Notes: a model not told the origin generated them from the letters alone. 64,000 nt of DNA from an uncultured Candidatus Saccharibacteria bacterium (GCA_964350645.1 CAYGJY010000001.1:326648-390647); one strand, 5' to 3'; shown: positions 42,451 to 53,019, numbered from the stretch's first letter. Program-made: numbers and translations.

Positions 42451-43060
42451 GACTTTTAATCGCTGTGCGGTATGGCAGTAGCGCCACCAACACAAGCAAC
42501 AGCTTCACAGCAAAGTCAGCAATCGCTAAACTGACCCACAGTGGTGCAAGGACACCGACACCCAAGATCGGCACCAACTCATTTGCCCAAGCGACATCAA
42601 CTCCGGGTGCAACAAAAACAAATGCGGCCGAGAAGGCAATTGTGAAAAACACGATGGTATCAATCAACGATCCAACTACCGATGAGAGCAACGGTGCTTT
42701 GTACCAAGGAGATTTTTGTACTGAGTTAAACACGACAATATCAGTCAGTTGCGCCATCAAAAAAGCCAGTCCAGAACCAAGCGCTATTCTTATAGTGGTA
42801 AGTGGAAAACCATCTGCAGTAGTGAACTCACTTGCAATTAACGAGCACAGAACACCGGTTACAAAGCCATACAAAACCACTTTCCGAGCCATCTTTGTAC
42901 CAAGTAGACGATTGGTAATGTCAGTAATCAAGAATGCCACTGGATACGTAAACGCCGCCCAGGTGAGCCAATCACCAAGTAAAAACTGAACTAAAATATT
43001 TGAGACAACCACCGTCAGTGCCATCGCGCACACTAAAGAATAAAATACTTTGTTGTCCAT
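42437..43060 (-). CDS. yhhQ: Queuosine-precursor transporter (YhhQ/VUT family)
   Basis: LTWAAFTYPVAFLITD, RIALGSGLAFLMAQLTD, SLIDTIVFFTIAF. Confidence 0.9.
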   Translation of the reverse strand: MDNKVFYSLVCAMALTVVVSNILVQFLLGDWLTWAAFTYPVAFLITDITNRLLGTKMARKVVLYGFVTGVLCSLIASEFTTADGFPLTTIRIALGSGLAFLMAQLTDIVVFNSVQKSPWYKAPLLSSVVGSLIDTIVFFTIAFSAAFVFVAPGVDVAWANELVPILGVGVLAPLWVSLAIADFAVKLLLVLVALLPYRTAIKSHEQN

Positions 43061-43064
43061 ATTA

Positions 43065-45686
43065 TTAGAGATGTTTCTTGAGGTATTTGCCAGTATGAGA
43101 TTTTTGATTTTCAGCCACTTCTTCGGGAGTACCCTTAGCTACCAATTGCCCGCCGCCAGCCCCACCTTCGGGTCCAACATCGAGAATGTAATCAGAACAT
43201 TTGATCAAATCTAGGTTGTGTTCGATGACCATCACGGTATTACCACGATTGACTAACTCTTGAAGAATCTCAATCAGCTTTCTGACGTCTTCGTAGTGCA
43301 ACCCAATAGTTGGCTCATCAAGAAGATAGATGGTTTTTTGCGTGTGTGGTCGATAGAGTTCTGAAGCAATTTTAACGCGTTGCGCCTCTCCACCAGATAA
43401 CGTAGTAGCACTTTGCCCCAGCTCTAAATATCCTAGTCCAACATTTTGTAAACTGTAAAGACGTTCATAAATCGCCGGTACATCTTTGAAAAATTCTACG
43501 GACTCTTCAATATTCATATGAAGGACATCATAAATATTCTTCCCTTTGTAGTAGATCTCGAGTGTTTCTTTAGTAAAGCGTTTACCGTCACACACGTCAC
43601 AGGTTACAAATACTGTCGGTAAAAAGTGCATCTCGACTGCAATCACCCCATTACCCTGACACGCTTCACAGCGACCACCTTTGACGTTGAATGAGAAACG
43701 GCCTGGTTTCCAGCCACGCGCTCGAGCTTCACTGGTTGCGGCAAACATATCACGAATATGGGTAAAAGCACCGGTGTATGTAGCAGGATTCGAGCGTGGT
43801 GTACGTCCAATCGGCGACTGATCAATCAGCACAGAACGGCCCAGATACTCAGTACCAGTGATAGATGACACATTATAGGTTTTGGCTGTTCGGTATTTTT
43901 TTTCCAGTCTTGCTTGGAGATTTTTATGCAGAATCTCGTACATGAACGTAGACTTACCTGAACCTGATACACCAGTCACTGTAATCAAACGACCAAGCGG
44001 AATATCCACATTCAGATTCTTAATGTTGAAAGCCTTGCCACCTTTGATTTTGATTGCTCCTTTTTCACCAGTGCGTCGTTCTGGAATCGGAATAGTTTTG
44101 TCTCCCCGCAAGTAATCAAGTGTAATAGATTTTGAAGGGTTTGTTTTTGCCTCTAGGAGCTTCGGGAGATAGTCTGCTACGACTACTTCCCCACCATGAA
44201 CACCAGCACCAGGACCAATATCAATAATATAATCAGCGGCATAAATAGTATCTTCGTCGTGCTCAACCACAATAATTGTATTCCCCAGATCGCGTAGTTC
44301 AGTAAGTGTCTGAATCAGTTTGTCGTTGTCTCGTTGGTGGAGCCCGATAGTGGGTTCGTCAAGTACGTAGAGCGCGCCAACCAAACCAGAACCCAGCTGT
44401 GAGGCGAGTCGAATCCGCTGCGCTTCCCCACCCGAAAGTGTATTAGCTCTACGGTCGAGGGTTAAATATTCAATCCCAACATTATTCATAAATTGAAGAC
44501 GTTCGATAATTTCACGAAGGGCTGGCCAAGCAATATCTTGCTGCTTTTTAGTCAGTTTCAGACTATCAATAAAATCACTGGCCTCTCGGACGGTCATACT
44601 GGTGAAATCAACTATATTTTTACCAAGATCTTTACTGGTGCCTCCCAAGTACACTCGCAGCGCTTCTGGGCGCAACCTAGCTCCTTTACATGATGGACAT
44701 TCATCGGAATTAAAAATTCCTACGACCCCAAGACCGTTACATTCAGGACACGCACCATATGGTGAGTTAAATGAAAAAAGACGCGGTTCTACTTCTGGGA
44801 AAGATGACCCATCGACTGGACAGATAAACTTTGCTGAAAGGGTGCGTTCTGTGCCGTCAGGTGATTCTACCTTTACAAGGCCATTTGATTGTTGCAGTGC
44901 CAATTCTACTGCCTCAGAGAGTCGTTCCCTGGATCCTTTTGGATCGTCGGTGAATTCACTTACATAGATCGCATCAACTAAGACATCAATATCGTGTCGC
45001 TTTGTTTTGGTGAGTTCTATTTTGTCACGTAATTGGTGAATTTTGCCGTCAATCTTAACAGTCTCATACCCTTTACCAAGTAAATCATATAACAATTGAT
45101 AGTACTCCCCTTTACGTCCCACAATGACTGGCGAAAAAATTCCAACCCGTCCTTTATTCAACTGAATTCCCATCACTTTTTCCGCATCTTTTTTTGCAGT
45201 TTTTACTTCTTTGTCTTCAATTGATTTCAGAACAATACCTAGAATTTCGTCTTGAGAAAGTTTTTCAATCGGCACATCAGTATCAAGACAATAGGGCTGA
45301 CCTACCCGCGCATACAAAATACGGAGGTAGTCATAAATTTCTGTAATAGTTGCCACGGTTGAACGCGGGTTCCGACTGGCAGACTTTTGGTCAATCGAAA
45401 TAGCTGGTGAGAGCCCTGAGATCTCATCAACATCAGGCTTCTGCATTTTATTTAAAAACTGACGCGCGTATGGAGACAATGACTCAACATACCGACGTTG
45501 ACCTTCGGCGAAGATCGTATCAAAAGCTAGTGATGACTTACCTGAACCAGATGGCCCTGTAATAGCAATCATCTTACCGCGCGGCATTTCAACATCAATA
45601 TTTTTAAGATTGTGCGTACGGGCACCACGAACCACGATCTTGGCATCATGTTCATTCCATTCTGTTTTTGTTTTTTTCTGTGCCAT
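43065..45686 (-). CDS. uvrA: Excinuclease ABC subunit A
   Basis: GARTHNLKNI, two Walker A motifs, LSGGEAQR twice, Zn fingers. Confidence 0.98.
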   Translation of the reverse strand: MAQKKTKTEWNEHDAKIVVRGARTHNLKNIDVEMPRGKMIAITGPSGSGKSSLAFDTIFAEGQRRYVESLSPYARQFLNKMQKPDVDEISGLSPAISIDQKSASRNPRSTVATITEIYDYLRILYARVGQPYCLDTDVPIEKLSQDEILGIVLKSIEDKEVKTAKKDAEKVMGIQLNKGRVGIFSPVIVGRKGEYYQLLYDLLGKGYETVKIDGKIHQLRDKIELTKTKRHDIDVLVDAIYVSEFTDDPKGSRERLSEAVELALQQSNGLVKVESPDGTERTLSAKFICPVDGSSFPEVEPRLFSFNSPYGACPECNGLGVVGIFNSDECPSCKGARLRPEALRVYLGGTSKDLGKNIVDFTSMTVREASDFIDSLKLTKKQQDIAWPALREIIERLQFMNNVGIEYLTLDRRANTLSGGEAQRIRLASQLGSGLVGALYVLDEPTIGLHQRDNDKLIQTLTELRDLGNTIIVVEHDEDTIYAADYIIDIGPGAGVHGGEVVVADYLPKLLEAKTNPSKSITLDYLRGDKTIPIPERRTGEKGAIKIKGGKAFNIKNLNVDIPLGRLITVTGVSGSGKSTFMYEILHKNLQARLEKKYRTAKTYNVSSITGTEYLGRSVLIDQSPIGRTPRSNPATYTGAFTHIRDMFAATSEARARGWKPGRFSFNVKGGRCEACQGNGVIAVEMHFLPTVFVTCDVCDGKRFTKETLEIYYKGKNIYDVLHMNIEESVEFFKDVPAIYERLYSLQNVGLGYLELGQSATTLSGGEAQRVKIASELYRPHTQKTIYLLDEPTIGLHYEDVRKLIEILQELVNRGNTVMVIEHNLDLIKCSDYILDVGPEGGAGGGQLVAKGTPEEVAENQKSHTGKYLKKHL

Positions 45687-45744
45687 AGCAAGCCGTCTTC
45701 GGGTGGAGCCGAAGACATGAAACGTTAGTATAACAAATACTCAC

Positions 45745-47088
45745 CTACTTAGAAACGGTTGGCAAGGGCAAGGTAATAACTACATGCGTACCAACATTTT
45801 TAATAGATTCAATGGCAATAGTTCCCCCCATCAACTCAAGAAATTGACGAGTAATCCACATACCTAGTCCAGTGCCGGTAATAGCCGAAACATCAGTTGA
45901 ATCTACTCTAAAAAATGGTGCAAATAATTTTTCTCGATCAGCAGCCCCAATCCCCATACCAGTATCCTTGATCCGTATTTCAATGCTTCGAATTTTAGTC
46001 TCTGCTACGATAGTGATTGAGCCAGTCTTTGTGTATTTGATTGCATTACTAATAATATTGATAAGTACTTGATGTAAACGTTTAGGATCAGCCGCCACCA
46101 TCAAACCTGATGGCACTTCTGATATAAGTTCAAGATCTTTCGCTTTCGCCGAACTTTGCAACTCCTCTAATACAGCCAGTGAAACACCTTCCAGATTAGT
46201 TTCTTCAATATCAACCTTGAGTTTCCCAGACTGGATGCGTGCAACGTCGAGTAAATCGTTGACGATAGTGAGAAGACGATTGCCGGCTTCTTCTATCCGT
46301 TTGGCGTACGTCCTATTAGTTTCTGACAAGTCACTCTCTTGGAGCATGCTGGCATATCCCTTCATGGCGGTTAATGGCGCTCGCAACTCGTGTGCGATTA
46401 AATTAGTGAACAAATCTTTGGTTGCAATAGCTTGCTGTGCTTCTTGATAGAGCTGTCGATAGTTAACACTAGAAATATGCCAATAAGCAATTACCAATAC
46501 AAGTGCATACACCAAACCCAATGTGACATAGGCAGTTCGCTCTTGCTCTGCGAAATACTGATCAATCTGGGAAAAGTTATTTTCGGTCAAAATAAAATAC
46601 GTACCACCCTCTGTACTAATTGCTCTCACTGACTGCCAGACCCTAACACCATCTTCCATAAAAGGAAAAATTAGTGACTCATCAAAGCGAACGGCTGCTG
46701 TTTGATACAAGGCTTTATTTGCCTCTTCCTCACCCACTAAAGTAGTATCGAGACCAGCTCGCACTAAAAATGTATTCTGTTGCTGCTCAACAATTCTAAA
46801 CTTAGTGATGTCTGGGTTTAAATCAGCTATCTTTTCTAACTGTGTCTGGGCTATTGCTGTATCAAAATTTGTCGCTTCCAGCAGCACCACGAATGAGTCA
46901 TGCAGTAGACCAATGCGATCCCGTTGTAACTTATCCTGATTGGAGCGCCCTGCTTCCAAAAAAGCATTACTTGTATACAAAAACGCCAGCGGAAGAACGA
47001 TAATCAAAAGCAGCGCAAACTGAATTTGCGGATGCGCTTTAATAAAAGTGAACGAGCGTTGGACAGAAAAAAGTAGACCAGAAATCAT
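45745..47088 (-). CDS. Membrane sensor histidine kinase
   Basis: Two TMs; AHELRAPL, NIISNAIKY, DTGMGI, FAPFFR, GTGLG. Confidence 0.95.
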   Translation of the reverse strand: MISGLLFSVQRSFTFIKAHPQIQFALLLIIVLPLAFLYTSNAFLEAGRSNQDKLQRDRIGLLHDSFVVLLEATNFDTAIAQTQLEKIADLNPDITKFRIVEQQQNTFLVRAGLDTTLVGEEEANKALYQTAAVRFDESLIFPFMEDGVRVWQSVRAISTEGGTYFILTENNFSQIDQYFAEQERTAYVTLGLVYALVLVIAYWHISSVNYRQLYQEAQQAIATKDLFTNLIAHELRAPLTAMKGYASMLQESDLSETNRTYAKRIEEAGNRLLTIVNDLLDVARIQSGKLKVDIEETNLEGVSLAVLEELQSSAKAKDLELISEVPSGLMVAADPKRLHQVLINIISNAIKYTKTGSITIVAETKIRSIEIRIKDTGMGIGAADREKLFAPFFRVDSTDVSAITGTGLGMWITRQFLELMGGTIAIESIKNVGTHVVITLPLPTVSK

Positions 47089-50003
47089 ACTACCTGAGTC
47101 AACTCAGCAACTCTTGTGACAGCAAATTTTTTCTCACGTGTACGTAAGTGTAAGCCGAGTAAAATGAGAATCACCCCGATAGACACTATTGAAAGTGACC
47201 CAACTAGTAACAGAATATTTGGCGATACTAGACTTTGTCGTTCTGTTTGTCCAACAACAGCAAGCTCTGTATCAGCATCGACTGGAGTAAAGGCTTCGGC
47301 AGTCTTAATGAAGCGGGTTGGCTCACTTTTTGCGACTACTCGTCCTGCGTTATCTGTCACACCAACATACACTTCATGCTCCCCATCTTCAATTTCTTTA
47401 TCGAAAGTATATGACCAATTGCCATCTTTGTCTGTTTTTATTGTAACGACAACAGGATTGGAATACACAAATAAGGTTACAAAACTATTTGGCAAACCAC
47501 GTCCAGAAATGACAGCGGTTGGTAGCGGCTTTGTATCGGGTGCATTGTCTCCTTTTTCTGACTTAACAGAAGTGATGGCAGTAATCTCAAATACATCAGG
47601 CCTAAGGGCACCGGTTGTCTTCGGTGATTCGTAAGCGACTACCACTTCTGACTCAGCACTCGTTGGATCGTAGCCGTTTAAAATTTCAATACCATCAATG
47701 AAACCGTCATTGTCTGAGTCAGCCATGAGTGGGTCAGTTTGATAAATATTTCTTTCGTCATAATCAGTTACTCCATCATTGTCAGTATCAACAAGAGCCT
47801 CATCACCAACTCGTTCTCTCACGATTCGCTCAGTTTGCTCGGTACGTAGTGTCATTTCTGCTAATTGTCGGCGGAGACGGTTTTCAATTAAAGAAACTAG
47901 TTGATCGGTATCAGCTTCAGAAAGAGCTGACCTGACGATATCTGTCTCCAAGAGATTAAGCTGCTCCTGAATTTCTCCAATAGCGGTACTATCTTTACCC
48001 CGAATAGCAATCGCTAAACGCTTGAAGCTTTCATCGAGTCTTGCTTGGTAGCGAGCTAACAGAGCTGTCAATTGCTGATCCGCTTTCTCTGAGTCTGTTT
48101 CTGAAGCTTCAATAGCTTCTGGAACATCAGCTCTTGTGATTATTTCAGATTTCGTAATCGCTTCATCAACAAAACGCTGTCTTGATGCTGGAGCAGTCAG
48201 TATCTGAGGACGTGATTCAATTTCACCGGATGTGGTACTGGCATTCTTTAGGCGATTCAACTCAGCTGAAATTTGATTGTCACTCTCAAATGTTTTAGTT
48301 GATGCTTCTGTCACTGGTGATACCGCTTCTTTTTTTGTCTCAGTGGAAACAAGAGGCTTTTCTACTTCAGGATTAGCAATTCTAACCAATGCATCTTGAC
48401 CAAAATATGAGACATTTTCAAGCCACGTGCGTGTAAAGATTGTGTAGTTTCCATTCGGTAAATTATTTGTATCAACAGCAATCCGCCATGTCTGCCCTTC
48501 AGCTCGATTTGCAACTCCAACGTATGAAGCGGATAAGGTATTTTCCCGTCGCATATACACTTCGATTTTTTGTAATTCTCGGTTTGTCTGAATCACAAAT
48601 GGAGCTATCCCAGAGAGACGCTCTCCGTTAACTGGTTTGATACTAACCGACAGGGGCAGTTTAATTTGAGTATTTTCAGCAGTAGCAGTCTCTGCATTCA
48701 CTGATATTGGTTGCTCGTTAAATTCTTCAACTTTTGTAGCACCTACATCCTGCTGTGACTCATTAATCAAAAATGAACGCTTTTTAGTTTGATAAGAAAC
48801 ATCATTAACCACTGTATCTGCAAACAGATAATACTGTCCAGGAGCTAGATCAGTCGTCTTGTATGTAAGTGAAAAGTTTGTCGGCGAAATTTTTTCGCCG
48901 GCTCCAAGGCTCGTGATATCGCCACGATCATTTGCAATACTAAAGGTAACTCGGCTAGTTGCGGAGGATGATTTGGCTCGTAGTTGCACTGAATTTTCTT
49001 GTCGCTCAAAATCAAGTGTTAAATTGAACTCTTCAGTCTGATCCGTTACTGCTGTAGCATCCGTTTCTGAAGCTTCAGACTCAGTAGCCTCAGATTCGTT
49101 CTCTGTCTCGGTAACAGTGGTCGCATCAATCAGACTTGTGTTTGTAGTTGTATCTGGCTGTTCAACTGGTTCCTCATTTTTTATAAGGTTATCTGTTACG
49201 GGTACTGCAACCTGGTTCTTTATTTCATACTTGTCAGATGTTTTGGCAAATGAAGTCTCCTCTGTAATTACAATTGCCTCAACCTTATAAAAACCATTCT
49301 CGTATTTAGCTGTATCCCAAACAAATTCCCAAACTCCATCAGATACCCGCTTTGCTGTTCCTAAAGTGAAACGTTGAGAAGCATCAATTCGGTGGGCTAC
49401 TACATCAACTCGTTTTGCAGTCGCTACCTTAATATGGACTTTCACAGACTTTTTAAAGTAACCAGCTTGGTCAAAATCAAAACTAACTTCAGGTTTTGGT
49501 ATCACCCCAGTATTAGCCTGCTCACCTTCTAGCAGCTGCTGCTCTGTATTACTAGTTAGAGACAAAGCCGCTGCATACTGCTTTCCAGGCACCAAATCGA
49601 GTGCCGAAGCATGAAAATAAGTTAGGAGAGCACCTAATATAACCACCCCTATACCACCATAACGTGCCAAACCAATAGCCAAGGTATCAATATCAACTGG
49701 CATTTTTGGTAGTACAAACAACGACAAAGCAACCGTGCGCGGCAAAGCATAGCTGTCTTTTTTTTCTTTTGGTGAGTTGAAAAGCGTTTCTTTTTTCTTT
49801 GGCTTGAGTAACTTAGACTGCGGTACTGATTTTGTAGCTTTGGTGCTAGTTTTTTTTGGAGTAGTTTTTTTGACAGTGGCTTTTTTTGTCACTTTCTTAG
49901 GCGTTTTCCTAGTAACCGCTTTCTTAGCGGCAGGTTTTTTTGGAGCAGTTTTTTTCTTACTAGAAATTACCGCTTTTTTGGCGGTTCGCTTTGTTGTACC
50001 CAT
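47085..50003 (-). CDS. Large surface protein: Lys-rich N-tail, TM, Ig-like domains, DxDxDG Ca-binding repeats, C-terminal TM
   Basis: KKTAPKKPAAKK tail; WDTAKYENGFY and VDTNNLPNGNY; DTDNDG and DSDNDG; DKDGNWSYT...DGEHEVYV. Confidence 0.8.
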   Translation of the reverse strand: MGTTKRTAKKAVISSKKKTAPKKPAAKKAVTRKTPKKVTKKATVKKTTPKKTSTKATKSVPQSKLLKPKKKETLFNSPKEKKDSYALPRTVALSLFVLPKMPVDIDTLAIGLARYGGIGVVILGALLTYFHASALDLVPGKQYAAALSLTSNTEQQLLEGEQANTGVIPKPEVSFDFDQAGYFKKSVKVHIKVATAKRVDVVAHRIDASQRFTLGTAKRVSDGVWEFVWDTAKYENGFYKVEAIVITEETSFAKTSDKYEIKNQVAVPVTDNLIKNEEPVEQPDTTTNTSLIDATTVTETENESEATESEASETDATAVTDQTEEFNLTLDFERQENSVQLRAKSSSATSRVTFSIANDRGDITSLGAGEKISPTNFSLTYKTTDLAPGQYYLFADTVVNDVSYQTKKRSFLINESQQDVGATKVEEFNEQPISVNAETATAENTQIKLPLSVSIKPVNGERLSGIAPFVIQTNRELQKIEVYMRRENTLSASYVGVANRAEGQTWRIAVDTNNLPNGNYTIFTRTWLENVSYFGQDALVRIANPEVEKPLVSTETKKEAVSPVTEASTKTFESDNQISAELNRLKNASTTSGEIESRPQILTAPASRQRFVDEAITKSEIITRADVPEAIEASETDSEKADQQLTALLARYQARLDESFKRLAIAIRGKDSTAIGEIQEQLNLLETDIVRSALSEADTDQLVSLIENRLRRQLAEMTLRTEQTERIVRERVGDEALVDTDNDGVTDYDERNIYQTDPLMADSDNDGFIDGIEILNGYDPTSAESEVVVAYESPKTTGALRPDVFEITAITSVKSEKGDNAPDTKPLPTAVISGRGLPNSFVTLFVYSNPVVVTIKTDKDGNWSYTFDKEIEDGEHEVYVGVTDNAGRVVAKSEPTRFIKTAEAFTPVDADTELAVVGQTERQSLVSPNILLLVGSLSIVSIGVILILLGLHLRTREKKFAVTRVAELTQVV

Positions 50004-50062
50004 TTGTCTTTATTATAAAGTAAAAAGCCACTACAAATTAAACACCTGTCGATAACTATTTG

Positions 50063-50425
50063 TTAAAGATGACTACTGACTAATGCGTTCAATTCAGTTG
50101 GATTGGTAGTTGCCTTAAAATAATAGTCAGTTGCACCAGCCGTGATCACAGCAGTTTTTAATTCCGGTGTGTCGTTATTTGAGAAAATAATTATTGGTAC
50201 TGTTTTATACTCTTCGTTAGCACGAACTGCCTTAAGAATTTCAAGTCCTGATGTACCTGGCAAGTCTAGGTCAAGTAAAATCAAATCTGGGACTTCAGTA
50301 AGTATGTGATCATAGGCCAAGTTTCCATCAGCACACACTGTAACTTTGTGGCCGGCATCGCTCAAATGTTTAGATACAAAATCTTGCATGAACTGATCAT
50401 CCTCGATCAATGTAATTGTTTTCAT
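50063..50425 (-). CDS. Single-domain response regulator
   Basis: IEDD, LLDLDLP, FSN, YYFK. Confidence 0.93.
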   Translation of the reverse strand: MKTITLIEDDQFMQDFVSKHLSDAGHKVTVCADGNLAYDHILTEVPDLILLDLDLPGTSGLEILKAVRANEEYKTVPIIIFSNNDTPELKTAVITAGATDYYFKATTNPTELNALVSSHL

Positions 50426-50444
50426 ATACCACTATCGTAGCACG

Positions 50445-52478
50445 CTACTTTTTCTTCTTGGTGAGACTATCCTCAAGCACTTTAATCTCATCACGAATGA
50501 TAGCTGCCGTTTCAAAATCAAGGATTGCCACCGCTTCTTCCATTTGGCGCCGCTTTTCTTTCATGACTTTCTTCGGGTTTTTCTTGAAGAGTTCCATGTC
50601 CACCTTTAGCAAGGTGTCGACTGTTTCATCGTGCACAGTGCGCATTTGATCAGCAATAGATTTAATCTCTTTCTTAATCGACATCGGGGTGATGCCGTGC
50701 TCTTTGTTATAGGCAATTTGTTTATCACGACGTCGCTGTGTCTCACCAACCGCATACTCAAGCGCTGGTGTCATTTCGTCGGCATAGAGTACTACTCGCC
50801 CATTCACGTTTCGAGCCGCTCGACCGATAGTTTGAATGAGGGCTGTTTCGCTGCGCAAAAAGCCAGACTTGTCAGCGTCAAGAATAGCCACCAATTCGAC
50901 TTCGGGTAAGTCGAGACCTTCCCGCAGGAGGTTAACCCCCACCAAACAATCGAACACTCCGCGGCGGAAGTCATTGAGGATTTCGATCCGCTCAATCGTA
51001 TCGACGTCACTGTGGATATACTTGGTCTTCATTCCCTTCTCTTCTAGGAATTCCGCTAAGTCTTCTGCCATACGCTTAGTGAGCGTGGTTGTAAGGACAC
51101 GAGCACCGCCTTTGATAATCTTCTCGGCTTCGGCAATAAAATCTTTGATTTGTCCTGGGTAAGCACCTTTTTCAGTTACTGGGCGCAGATCAATCTCCGG
51201 ATCAACCAAGCCAGTGGGGCGAATGATCTGCTCCACCATCTGACCACCACTTTCTTCGAGCATTGCAAATTCATACTTGCCGGGAGTTGCCGTTGTGTAA
51301 ATTCTTTGACCGAGACGCTCATCTATCTCATCGTATTTGAGTGGGCGGTTGTCAACCGCACTTGGCAGGCGAAAGCCAAACTCCACCAAGTTGTCTTTCC
51401 GAGAACGGTCACCAGCGTACATGCCGTTCATTTGCGGCACCGTGACGTGTGATTCGTCGATAATGGTCAAGAAGTCTGGGGTGCCATCATCTTTGTGTGG
51501 GAAATATGAAAGTAAGGTGTACGGTGCTTCTCCCGGCTTGCGGCGGTCAAAGTGGCGTGAATAGTTCTCAATCCCGTTACAATAACCAACCTCCCGCATC
51601 AATGCGAGGTCATGTTGCGTCCGGCGCTTAATGCGTTCTGCTTCAAGTAACTTCCCTTCTTTTTTAAATTTTACTAATTGCTCTTTGAGTTCAACCTCAA
51701 TATCAGCAATGGCTAACTTTCGCTCCGCTTCTGGCGTCACAAAGTGCTTGGCTGGGAACAAGAAAAATACGTCTGGTTCAGAGATAATCTCGCGCGTCAC
51801 TTCGTCGATTTTTGTAATCCGACTAATCTCATTGCCGGTAAAACTCAGACGATAGATCACTCGTTCGTTGGTCGGCATGAGTTCAATCATATTACCGACG
51901 GCGCGGAAGCTCGCTGGTGTCAGGTCAGCGGTGGTTCGTTCGAATTGCATATCAATCAACGTCCGCAGCATCTCTGTTCGAGTTGACTCATAGCCAATCC
52001 CGATCTTCATCAGCTTAGCTTCATACTGCTCAGGTGAACCAAGACCATAAATGCACGACACCGACGCCACGATGATAACGTCCTCGCGAGTCAGTAGCGC
52101 CTGGGTTGAGGCGTGACGCAGTCGATCAATCTCTTCGTTTATCTGGGCCTCTTTTTCGATGTACGTATCAGACGTCGACATATAGGCCTCTGGCTGGTAG
52201 TAGTCGTAGTAGGAGACGAAGTAATGCACGGCATTGTTCGGGAAAAAGTCCCGGTACTCTTGCGCGAGCTGCGCGGCCAAAGTCTTATTATGAGCAATCA
52301 CCAACGTCGGCTTCTGGATCTGCTGAATCACGTTGGCGGCCGTAAAGGTCTTCCCTGAGCCGGTCACACCCAAAAGCGTCTGGTGTTTTTGACCAGCCTT
52401 AATTCCCTTCACCAACGCCTCAATCGCCTTCGGCTGATCTCCAGCTGGTGTTTTTTCTGTAGATATCTCAAATTTCAT
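50445..52478 (-). CDS. uvrB: Excinuclease ABC subunit B
   Basis: GVTGSGKT, YYDYYQPEAY, DESH, IQTIGRAARN, C-terminal UVR domain. Confidence 0.98.
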   Translation of the reverse strand: MKFEISTEKTPAGDQPKAIEALVKGIKAGQKHQTLLGVTGSGKTFTAANVIQQIQKPTLVIAHNKTLAAQLAQEYRDFFPNNAVHYFVSYYDYYQPEAYMSTSDTYIEKEAQINEEIDRLRHASTQALLTREDVIIVASVSCIYGLGSPEQYEAKLMKIGIGYESTRTEMLRTLIDMQFERTTADLTPASFRAVGNMIELMPTNERVIYRLSFTGNEISRITKIDEVTREIISEPDVFFLFPAKHFVTPEAERKLAIADIEVELKEQLVKFKKEGKLLEAERIKRRTQHDLALMREVGYCNGIENYSRHFDRRKPGEAPYTLLSYFPHKDDGTPDFLTIIDESHVTVPQMNGMYAGDRSRKDNLVEFGFRLPSAVDNRPLKYDEIDERLGQRIYTTATPGKYEFAMLEESGGQMVEQIIRPTGLVDPEIDLRPVTEKGAYPGQIKDFIAEAEKIIKGGARVLTTTLTKRMAEDLAEFLEEKGMKTKYIHSDVDTIERIEILNDFRRGVFDCLVGVNLLREGLDLPEVELVAILDADKSGFLRSETALIQTIGRAARNVNGRVVLYADEMTPALEYAVGETQRRRDKQIAYNKEHGITPMSIKKEIKSIADQMRTVHDETVDTLLKVDMELFKKNPKKVMKEKRRQMEEAVAILDFETAAIIRDEIKVLEDSLTKKKK

Positions 52479-53016
52479 GAATCAAGTCTGATTGTAACAA
52501 ATATTCCCAGTCTTTATCCCAATATCCAGTGGTGTAATTTTTAATGTTAGCCTGAAATTCAAAACTTTTATCTAAAAATTTCCATAATTCATCCTCCACA
52601 AAAGTTGACAACATGTTTACTATTTCATTTACACTTTTATTATCGATGTGAATTTCTGAATTCCTTAGAGTAGTATTATGGATAAAACCTTTGCTTATCA
52701 ACTTATCCAACTCTTTACCAAAATATATTTTTTGAATTGTCTTAAATTGCTCTAATATTTGAACTTTTTGTGTTTTATCAATTTTATTAGCTTCAAATAG
52801 TAGATTAATTGCTTCACTAATACATACATCGTCGTTGTATTTCTTATCTGAGATTACATTCCTTAAAGATACTAAAATAGCAAGATTTAAGTTCTCAACT
52901 AGTAAATGAGCAACTCCTTCAAGTCTCTTATTATCAAAATATGACTTAAATCCAATCATCCGGCATAAGTGCTGAAGCTCGCCAATAGAATTATCTAAAT
53001 ATTTTTCTAATTGCAT
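52468..53016 (-). CDS. AT-rich hypothetical protein, possibly HEPN-like
   Basis: 182 aa, helical, contains RNSEIH (Rx4H); overlaps the uvrB start. Confidence 0.55.
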   Translation of the reverse strand: MQLEKYLDNSIGELQHLCRMIGFKSYFDNKRLEGVAHLLVENLNLAILVSLRNVISDKKYNDDVCISEAINLLFEANKIDKTQKVQILEQFKTIQKIYFGKELDKLISKGFIHNTTLRNSEIHIDNKSVNEIVNMLSTFVEDELWKFLDKSFEFQANIKNYTTGYWDKDWEYLLQSDLIHEI

Positions 53017-53019
53017 GGA

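Noticed and set aside
49750-50003. DNA tandem repeat in the Lys-rich tail
   Set aside because: The low complexity is at the protein level; no exact nucleotide repeat unit is visible.
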